Shown here piece after piece: positions 12,724 to 22,079 of a stretch of DNA of 64,000 nucleotides. Position 1 is the stretch's first letter; each line of letters begins with the position of its first letter. The stretch lies in the NCBI GenBank assembly GCA_044892525.1, contig CM097886.1:43524001-43588000 (forward strand), given 5' to 3'. This DNA is from Schmidtea polychroa (Eukaryota). A program made the translations under genes and the position numbers. The notes under the pieces are model-generated. The model did no database searches. It saw only the letters and a list, made by a program, of their open reading frames with translations, and was not told the DNA's origin.

Positions 12724-14386
12724 TGATTGTTTGCTTTAGGTTTTGTGTAATTGGAGCAGCCTTCGAAGCATTTTAAGGCTTTATCTCCAAACCTGTCGTG
12801 GTATATACACTTGTCAAGTATCTGACAGGATGGTGCTTTGTCTCGCCAATTGCAACCTAGATGGCAGAACCGTGCCTTGTTACGAAACTTAAAATGGAAA
12901 CGGCACAGGTTCCTGGTTGCAGGGGAAGGTGAACGTTGACGAGTATTTTGCACAAAGTGTGATTTTTGGGCATATTGCCTGTCGTCCTTTGTCCGCCTGG
13001 TGGACATGCTATTCTCAAGCTCGCTGATGGGTTTAGTGAGGCCTGTAATAGCGCAAAGTAAGGCTTCTTCGGTCGAAGGTTTCAAAGAAGAAGAAGAAGG
13101 TAAAATTTCGGGGTTAGTGCTGCTACTTAACTGCACAGAGCAAGTTGGTTGCGGACCAAGTGGCACGACTTCGTTAATCTTGTCGGCCATCTTTGCTAGC
13201 TCTACCACGTCTGCTGTTGACGAAAGCGCTAAAATTTGTTGTGCGTGTGGCGGTAAAGCGGACAGAAAAAATTGCCTCAAGAGTTTTTGATCCGCCGCAG
13301 CCTCCGGATGTATTTGCGTTAGTTCTGCCATAGCGTGTTGCAAGAACTGTGACGGTTTTCTGCTGCCCAAAGTTTGCGTCTTAAAGTATTTAGTGAAGAC
13401 GGCAGCTGTAGGTTCCTTAAAAATATCGAGGATTGCCGTACGCAATTCTTCATATGGGTTTTTACGCTAGTAGGCGAAGTACGAAGGATCACGGACGAAA
13501 GTTTACTTAATATCGTCGGCGGAATCAACGGCAATATGCGACAGTATTTGTCTCGTGAACTGGTTACCTCGATTCCCTCGAGTGCTAGTTCGGTAGCTAT
13601 CAGCCAAGTAAGTGGAGAGTTATTCTCATCCAAAAAATATTGACATAAGTACGTTGATCGCTGGTTTTTAGACCTACGTTTATGTTTTGCCTGTTTGGGG
13701 TTGCTGCCTGAGTCATTCTCCGAATCGGAGGAACCGCCAAAAAGTGGCAACAAACAATGAATGACGCTGTATGGTGTCACTCCATAGTCGCCCAAGGTAC
13801 GACTGTCGGAAAGGATGTTGCCGTTATACGACAAGAGAAAACGGCATTTGTGATTAGTCAATATGCTGTAATTTTTAGAAAGACCTCTAATTGTAGTGTC
13901 TGTGTCAACTGAAACGGTTTGTGTCTTATTTGTTCCAGGGTTTTCTAGTAATATTTGGAACTTTTTGGGCCCCGGTGCGGCGCTACCCTCTCGTGTGGGC
14001 TGATGCTTATTTAAATAATTTATTATAATTTTATATATGATATCAATAATAATATAAATCAATAATAATATAGTATAATTTAATAATAATATAATATAAT
14101 TTAGAGGTAATCGATCTAAGGTACCTGGCGGTGCTGACACGGGCATTGCTTGATTGAGTCTCGATTCGCTGGGAGACGGTTTATTATCGTGAATAAATGG
14201 CTGTCCCGGTGCACGAGAGTTTAATGTGAAAAAATCATTATTCTGTTGCATTAAGAATTCATTTGGATTTGGTCGAAGCATGATGCGTTGTGGGGCTGTG
14301 TATAAGACATCACTCGTTAGCAATTTGTTATTTGGTACATAATTATCGATCGGAGTCATTTTTTTACGATTTTCAACGGCAATCAT
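12711..14386 (-). CDS. gag: Element A extended Gag (hydrophobic segment + ubiquitin-like domain + Gag), split by a 1-nt deletion near 13460
   Basis: ORF 13319-14395 carries the Gag N-terminus (PLTWL..TELAL....V...RDKY..IL..IP) and ORF 12711-13445 the remainder ([29 protein letters not shown], two C-x2-H...C...C motifs). One extra A in GTAAAAACCC restores [13 protein letters not shown]. Confidence 0.85.
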
Positions 14387-15780
14387 CTCAGCCAATGCTT
14401 GCCGGAAACATTAATCGAATCAAAATCTATATCGGCTGTATCTTTATATTTCTGATCGTAATGTGAATTCGGTTTCTCCGAGCCAAATATGCGATTTATA
14501 TCCATTTCGTTTCGATCCTGATACTGACCGTAGTTAAGCACACCGTTGTTGTTTGCCTGTTGATTGATGTTGTGATGGTATGACTGATTATTATTGTTGT
14601 TATTCTTGATTGCGGCGTGGTTTTGAGAATTTAACTGGCAGAAACTTTCCAGCAGAGAATTCGACGAACCAACTGAATTCAAACTGTTCATAAATGATTT
14701 ATGATCTGAAAGCCGTGACAGGGGAGATGTGGAATTCAGTGTACTGTGGAATTCAGTAATATCATTACCAGCTGAGCTATTGAAAGCACTGAATAGGGGA
14801 AATTCGGATTTAGTATCCGATGATTCAGATTGTAATTGAATACTTTTACTGATAAATTTGAAAGACGATTTATTTATCGGGTCAGAAATTTGAAATTGAC
14901 CATTTGGAATATGATTATTATCTGTGATATTTGCAGGGGTCGAAATGGAATCACATAGAACGACTACGGGATCCAAAAAATCACGATCTGGAATTGTCTG
15001 AATTAATTTGATATACTCTTCTCGATTCGATGACAAACAACAGGAATGAGCAATTATCAAATGATCTATCAGCCTATCAATATCATGGGATATAGGATTA
15101 AATTTTGATGAAAGTTTTAATTCGGAAAATATTTTGGAAAGCATATGGAACATATTTTGACATATTTCCGCTGTTCGTTTATGAGAAACTAACATAGATT
15201 GTTTTTCCTGTAATCTGGATTTAGCAATGATATTAGATAAATAAGTTTCTAATTGTTCAAATCTTGAACATTGTTCTGGCACTTCTGACACCAATGTTGT
15301 GGTTGGCGTAGTCCTTTCTGGTAATTTGGCAATAGTTGACCCACTTTTCAATTGATCATCTATTTTGTCTATTTCAATTAATATTTTACCTTGTTCGACT
15401 TCAAATTTTAAGTTACAGGTTTGCAAAAGATCTGATTTGTTCTTGAATAAATTAGACATTGCATTGAAGAAATTTTGTTCGATTTTCTCTAAAACATTTC
15501 CAATATAATTTATTATAGAATCGGAATCCGTGAGTGACGTAAAATTTCTTCCATCGAATTCGACTTTAATTTTTTTACATAATTGATCTACTATAATTCG
15601 GCAATTATGACCATTTATTAATAATGCAGCAAAATGCAAGTTATCATTTCCAAAGTTCTCTACATTGAAAGATTTTAGAGAATCCATGCATTCGAATGAA
15701 TCTTTGGAATAACAATAAGAATTTTTAGCTAGCGAAAAACAACCCAATTGAGGTTTTTGCATATCGTTTATTTTACTCAT
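14383..15780 (-). CDS. Element A ORF0, 465 aa, unknown function, starts within the 5' LTR
   Basis: Uninterrupted ATG-initiated ORF crossing the LTR end and the PBS, with a Ser-rich and N/Q-rich C-terminal part. No family recognised. Confidence 0.75.
   Translation of the reverse strand: MSKINDMQKPQLGCFSLAKNSYCYSKDSFECMDSLKSFNVENFGNDNLHFAALLINGHNCRIIVDQLCKKIKVEFDGRNFTSLTDSDSIINYIGNVLEKIEQNFFNAMSNLFKNKSDLLQTCNLKFEVEQGKILIEIDKIDDQLKSGSTIAKLPERTTPTTTLVSEVPEQCSRFEQLETYLSNIIAKSRLQEKQSMLVSHKRTAEICQNMFHMLSKIFSELKLSSKFNPISHDIDRLIDHLIIAHSCCLSSNREEYIKLIQTIPDRDFLDPVVVLCDSISTPANITDNNHIPNGQFQISDPINKSSFKFISKSIQLQSESSDTKSEFPLFSAFNSSAGNDITEFHSTLNSTSPLSRLSDHKSFMNSLNSVGSSNSLLESFCQLNSQNHAAIKNNNNNNQSYHHNINQQANNNGVLNYGQYQDRNEMDINRIFGSEKPNSHYDQKYKDTADIDFDSINVSGKHWLR
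15280..15293 (-). promoter_or_regulatory. Element A primer-binding site (tRNA-Leu type)
   Basis: TGGTGTCAGAAGTG 1 nt after the 5' LTR end, complementary to the CACTTCTGACACCA 3' end of tRNA-Leu. Confidence 0.88.
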
Positions 15781-16528
15781 AAAAATATTCTGATGAATAA
15801 GTCAAATTGCAGGTAAAGATATTTTTAATTTTAATTACAAGGTTTTTAATTTGAATTACAAAAATTTACAGATCTGAGTAAAACAAAAATATATATAATA
15901 GAAACTACATAAAAAATGTAAATATAATCAGACCAGGTAAACATATTCAACAGGCATTTCTCATTTACAAAATGTTAACTAAAAATAATAATTTCATGTA
16001 GTCCGATTATTTCTAAAGATTTTACAACCTGCCGATTTGTCCATGAACCAATTTGACCATTGTCATTCGCATACAATATTTGAGGAAATGTATATCCTTT
16101 GCCGTTCTGATCCTTTTTTGCATAATCACATTGATCAGAATTTGTAAAGACGTGTGGTGGTTTGATAAAAAGATCTATTCGGGTTCATATTATTGTTAGG
16201 ATTTGTTACGTATTTCGCGAATTGTAATGGATGAGGGTGTTGGTCTATTAGAGCCAACACTAAAACTATTGGGAGCCGAATACAGTTTATCCTGATAATG
16301 ATAACATGGCATCGAATTTGCTTTACTCGCCTGAGATTGATTAATAGAGCCTGATTGATAAGTAGAAGTATTAGCTGATCGCACGAATTTTGATTGACTG
16401 TAATTGTGTTCTGCTTGGTCCTTATTCGCTGGTGACCGCGCATTTATAGATATAATATAATATAATATAATATAATATAGTATAATGGGTATATAGATAT
16501 TGTTAAGGCCGTGTAACGGCTCACTACA
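15295..16528 (-). repeat. Element A 5' LTR
   Basis: TGTAGTGAG...CCACAACA on the - strand; followed by the PBS; direct repeat of 7943-9176. Confidence 0.95.
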
Positions 16529-17848
16529 CTCGGTTATAAGGAAACCAGTGTGTAAAGTTTACACAGAAGTGAGAGGTATTCGCACAAAATCTGTGAGTTA
16601 CGTTATACTTTTTTCTAATGATTTTCCAGGGTTATTTATAAATCCATTGATAACAAATAACGCTTGGGGCAATCCAAATAACAGTTGACCAGGAATCACA
16701 GCTTAACTTATCAGTATATACTCTAAAGACACATGGTTATATTCTGGAACATGAGATCATAACAAGAAAAACATGTTGTAATGACTGATCAGATTATAAC
16801 TATATTTGAATAAATTCAAGGAAATTTTGGCTTTATGATTACAGGAGAATTAGTTTTCTCATTCTATTTAATTCCATTAGATCGATCTACATAAGTAATT
16901 GAAAGCCGTCACTGACTAAAATTAAAACATTAATCATGCAAATTAACGGCAATAGTTTTTCGATCTGTGCGAATTTTTCATGTTTTTATGTTGTTGTGTT
17001 TGATTTCAATTTTTTACATTAACACGAGTACATGGAATGGTGTAATTGCAGATAGATTTGCGTGTTGGTATGGTAAACATATTCTATATTTAACTAGCGT
17101 ATATCAATAATCAATTGCCGCTGAACCTTAATAAGTTAGGGTTGACTTTGTGGGGGCGTCTCAATTTTGAATAAATGCCTGGAATTAAGACTGTGACTTC
17201 TGGCTTACCAGGGTGGAAGAATGCCGAAAGTGGATCTCCAATACATTTTCATTATGTGAGAGCCCACGCTAAACCCCGCATATGCAGCTCAGTGCAACGG
17301 GTGAACAACGCAATGGTCCGGCTCTAGCGAGTCGTTGAAAAGATTAACACGAGAAGGAACCCGAATGCATACGGAGAACTGCGTGCCCTAACATACAGAG
17401 AATGGTGTTCAGACTTCCAATACCTCTCCGCGGGGTAAATATCACAAATTCAACATAATGTGGATACATGGCTAAAACAAAACGTAGCTCACCGAATTAA
17501 ATCAGTTATTGTAAAGAAATAGTTGGCTTTTAAATAATTCATAAAAATATTCAAGATTAAAAAACCAATTTTCCATATAATGGCATTAAAAGTTCTAATA
17601 CATATTTTAATATACCATTAAGTTTCCAGCGATGGTGATTGCTCAAGACTGACCTGTAATAACGCAACCACAAATAAAATAAAATTAACTGAATGCAAAA
17701 AGTGAATATACAAAATGACAACTAATTATAATACAACTTCAAAATGTGAATTCCAAAAATTTAAATTAGAATTAATACTCAGTACTGTTTAGGTTTACCA
17801 GTAAATGAACTTAAATTGCTAAATTCAAAAATAAAAATGTATTAAAAT

Positions 17849-18522
17849 CTAGTCACTCGGGAGAACATTAAAAAAGTGATAAACACTATTTTGATCAATA
17901 ACTGCAACTTTCGTACTGCATATCTCGCAATAAACTGAATGAAAGATATCATCGGGTTTATCTTTTTGCACAGGCATTTTGTTTGAAGCTACTGGACAAA
18001 CAATTGATTCAGTTTTATCAATTCTGCAATTCTCCACGAACATAGCTCTGAATTGATTGTGATAAATTTCATGTCTAAAATAAGTATACAACTATGCTTA
18101 TTTAATTATTTAATATTACTGTTGACAATCTATTGTAAGCATTGACATACAACCTGGACAATTCAAGACAGCATCACTTTCAATAGGATTATCAACAAAA
18201 TGTGATTCAAATTCTTTTAACGTTTCTTTTTCATCATTAGAATCTGCGTCCTCATCATAAAAATCTATAACATTTTAAATTAAATTTATATACATTTGCA
18301 GTTAACCTTTTTCTGATTCAATACTAAATAACATCTCATATTCAGTAGCTCGTTGTTCATCCATCATTTTTTTAAATGATTCAACAATCGGATTATTTTC
18401 TGATTGATCATTATTACTCAAGCTGAAGTAAATAAATATAGACCAGAAACATTACAAAGCAAAAGAACATTAAAAAGTAAAAAGAAAAATTACAAATTTT
18501 CAAAACTAATTTCTTCATCCAT
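17849..18522 (-). CDS. EAPP: E2F-associated phosphoprotein homologue, 4 exons
   Basis: GT-AG introns at 18423-18493, 18265-18306 and 18075-18119 give a continuous frame with DFYD, [35 protein letters not shown] and YCEICSTKVAVID...YHFFNVLPS (Eapp_C motifs). Confidence 0.92.
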
Positions 18523-19591
18523 TTTAAAGAATTTTTAGATATAATGTATTAAAACAACATCTTTCAACTAATTTTTACTGTGAATTAAAATCGATTATTG
18601 TATATTGAAAAATTTTGAAAAAACCATAAATGAAGTGTATTTGAGTAAACAAAACTGATGTAACGATTTTTAGAGAAATCTAAGTTCATTTATAACTTAA
18701 TTTCCAAAGAAACTTTATGAACTAACTTTTTATAATAAAACTAAAAATTACAATTACAAAATAGAAAAGAAAACGTTTTAATTTGTATGTGTTGAGTTAA
18801 AATCGATATTAGAGCAAAATAGTTGCTGTTGCAAAATCTTTTACCAAAACAAAGGCCCAAACAAAATAAACAAACTTTTAATTTTAAAAGTTACAAACAA
18901 ACTTTTAATTTTAAAAGTTACAAACAAACTTTCTTAAATTGTGCAAAAAATAGAGTATTAAAATAAATATTTTGACAAAAATAAAAATCAAATTATTACA
19001 AATTTATGAATTTATAAATAATTTATTTATAATTCAAGGGGTATAAAGCTTATTCTATCGCATAAACAGAGACAGTCCTAACCAACCATAATAAATTGGT
19101 TATGTATACATGAAAATAATGTGAAATGCTCACAAATTTATATTAATGCACTCATTTTCTATCACAAGGTGAGCAATTTTTTGATTTTTTACAATTTTGA
19201 TTAAATCTTAAAAACTTCCAGAAGATTAATTAATAGACTCTCTCCCAGGTTCCCAAACTAATTGTGATATTTCCATTTAAGGGAATTGGACTTTGGCTAT
19301 TCGCGTAACGAGAATATCGTACACTGAGGATTGTAATTTGATTTTAATCCTTAAGTAATTATTTGTTAATCTATTTGATTATTTATTTGGAAGATAAAAT
19401 TTTGATTGTTCATTAAATCTTTGACTGTGTCATTATTTCCACCTTCATTTTCACTGTTTATGCTAAACACAATATTTAGAAAATGAGTGACTCCAGTCGA
19501 CACTTGAACCTAATAAAACTTGCCATGAACATCTTTGTTAGAAAGAGTAAGGATACAAATAAATTTCTGACAACGTTCGCGGTGTTCATAC

Positions 19592-20237
19592 TGTTAGGTT
19601 CGTGTCTATTCGAAGTAACACAATTAAGGTTTTGACTCCAAATTAGTTTTCAACCGCTTGTAGGTAAAAATTAATAAATAACAAATATGGTTTAAAGGAT
19701 TTTATTAATCAATTACAATAAAATAAAATATAACAAGCTATGTAAATTGGTTGCTACTGAAGGAAAGATGATCGATTATACAAATCACACTGAAGGTTAC
19801 TACTAAGTGTCAAAACTGGCCATAAAATGCGCCAACAGCTCGAAAAGGATGAACGGAAAAAAATGAGGGTAGTTTTCCAGAAAGTTTACGTTATAGTATC
19901 GACCCAGAGAATCGGTCTATACTTGATAATAGTTAGTATTAATTTAATCGGAGCGAAACAGCCACAAAAAGCGTACCACAAAAAAAATTCCAATCGAGTA
20001 AAATGATAATAAATTTCCGAATAATAAAATGATCAACAAATAAATTTCAATATAGATTTTCTAATTGTTGAATTGCGAAAATCCGAAGTGGTTATGATAG
20101 CAAAATATCTAGTTAATCGATAAACTATATGATTTGTGCAAATTTACTCTAGCTCTGTCTTTCTGATTTAATGGTCGTTAATGGTAATATTTATATTATA
20201 ATAAATGTTTCTTAATCTATAAATAGTAATTATCAAT

Positions 20238-20273
<36 letters not shown>

Positions 20274-20786
20274 AGAGGTGAGCTATGAAATTTTTAACAA
20301 GGGGCTCGCTCTTTTCCCTCGAGAATCGTATGAACTAGTACCCTAGAAATGACATATCAAAAACAAAATAATGTTAATTAAATGGTTTATTTTAGACAAA
20401 AAAAACAACAGTATTATATTATTAAGGAATGGAACAAACAATACAATAGAATAAAAGAAAGAAAAATATGACATTTGTAAAAATTCACTAAATATACTAA
20501 TACAAGAAAATATTTACCCAGAAGAACAAGGGGCTCGTAAATCATAGAATAATTTAAAAAAGGGCTCGCGCGAGCCCCTGCAAGCCTATATATATAAGTA
20601 TATAAGTATTTATGTTCAACCATATGCCATTGTTATTTATAGCAATTTTTATTTACTACAATTAACTTATTTATATATAATTATTATTTATAGTAATATT
20701 TAATTACCAAAAATAACTTATTATTATTACCAATATTCAGCTCCTAATTCTATTTTTCCCTATTCCACCTCATCTTGGACCCAACA
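19592..20786 (-). mobile_element. Solo LTR related to element B LTRs
   Basis: On the - strand it begins TGTTGGGTCC and ends GAACCTAACA, like B (TGTTGGGGTTC...GAACCTAACA). Shared internal blocks include GCTGTTGGCGCATTT, TTTACCTAC, TTTGGAGTCA and TTCGAATA. Flanks ATAC/GTAC give a 4-bp TSD with one mismatch. Confidence 0.8.
20273..20586. mobile_element. Probable small non-autonomous insertion within the solo LTR
   Basis: ~310-bp block between TA runs with three GGGCTCG motifs and a perfect 16-bp palindrome GGGCTCGCGCGAGCCC (20562-20577). No clear TIRs. Confidence 0.45.
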
Positions 20787-20875
20787 GTACTCGTATTACA
20801 CAAACAATGAAGGTGATAATTTTAACATTTGGCATCTATTTTTTCCCGAGTTTTGTAATATCAAAAATCATCTAA

Positions 20876-21470
20876 TGTTGGGGTTCAGTAGGAACCGGAA
20901 TTAAAGGTTTTGAAATTAAATAATAATTAATTACTAAAATTAGGATTAAAATATAAATAGTATTTAAAATTACTAAAAGTGGAATTAAAATATAAATAGT
21001 AAAAAATAATTACTAAAAATAAATTCGTAACAAAAATAGTAATTTTTTAAAAAATATATAATAAAAATAGAAATTAAATAATTACTATTAATAGATTTAC
21101 AATAAATAAATTTATATAAATATCAGCAAAATTATATTGATGAGGGGAGAAAATCGAGAGAAAAAAAGATCACAGATCAGAAGAATTTAAAATTAGATCG
21201 GGAAACAATTTCTAATTGGACGAATTTCTGTTTTAGTATTCATTTTATTGATCGGAAAAAAAAGGGAATTTAAGAATCTCTTGGAAATTTATTATCACGT
21301 CAACTTGTAACTTAGCTCCAATATTCTTTGGAGTAATTTAGAAGAGATCAAAAGAGGAAAATTGTTAGGACTTATTTCGACAACCCATCTGTGGTTTTGG
21401 TTATCTACAGGGAGGAATTTAAATAAGGAAAAAATTTTAAATTAGTTAGTTTTTATTGTTCATATCTAAG

Positions 21471-21556
<86 letters not shown>

Positions 21557-21980
21557 TTCGGTCAAATAAAACTAATTTTAACAAGGGAAGCAGTAACGTC
21601 AGCACGTATCTTTTTGTGTTGTTTCGTTACGAATATTATTTGAAAAAGGGTTAACCGATTTCTGGGTTGACTCTATCGCGTTAAAATTAGGTAAACTCCC
21701 TTATCTTTTTTCCGCTCACCTATATCGGGCTGTTGGCGCATTTAAGGCCAGCCTTGATTCTTAGTAATACTCTTTAGGGCGGTTTGTATAACCGTTTCCT
21801 GTTCTTTAGAAAGCAGCGTGATTAATCGTGTAATATAAATAATTGTGTACCAAATTATTTATTGTTAATAAATATTTAAATCATATTCGTTATTTTATTT
21901 ACCTACACGCATTATAAATTATTTGGAGTCAGGTAAAACGTTTTTGTGTTAGTTCGAATACATACCCATCGAACCTAACA
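20876..21980 (+). repeat. Element B 5' LTR (1105 bp, includes a long TA microsatellite)
   Basis: TGTT...AACA termini, imperfect terminal inverted repeat, direct repeat of 35051-35997. Confidence 0.93.
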
Positions 21981-21983
21981 TTT

Positions 21984-22001
21984 TGATGAGCCCGACGTGA
22001 T
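21984..22001 (+). promoter_or_regulatory. Element B primer-binding site (tRNA-Trp type)
   Basis: TGATGAGCCCGACGTGAT, two mismatches from the TGGTGACCCCGACGTGAT complement of the vertebrate tRNA-Trp 3' end, located 3 nt after the LTR. Confidence 0.82.
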
Positions 22002-22079
22002 AAAATTATCAGCGGGTAGAAATTGAAATAAAACAAAATAGCGTTAGGAACTAGAGCCAGAGTAAAACTGGATAGTCAA

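Larger units (their letters stand above)
7943..16528 (-). mobile_element. Element A: full-length Ty3/Gypsy LTR retrotransposon (8586 bp)
   Basis: Two 1234-bp direct repeats with TGT...ACA termini on the - strand, 5-bp TSD CTCGG (7938-7942, 16529-16533), a PBS, gag, and pol in PR-RT-RH-IN order. Confidence 0.96.

Noticed and set aside
10667-13643. Antisense ORFs over element A pol and gag, and similar short antisense ORFs over cactin and element B
   Set aside because: Short shadow frames of real coding sequence with no motifs.
13990-14005. Short inverted similarity to the PPT region at 9175-9188
   Set aside because: Only about 12 bp with a mismatch; compatible with chance.
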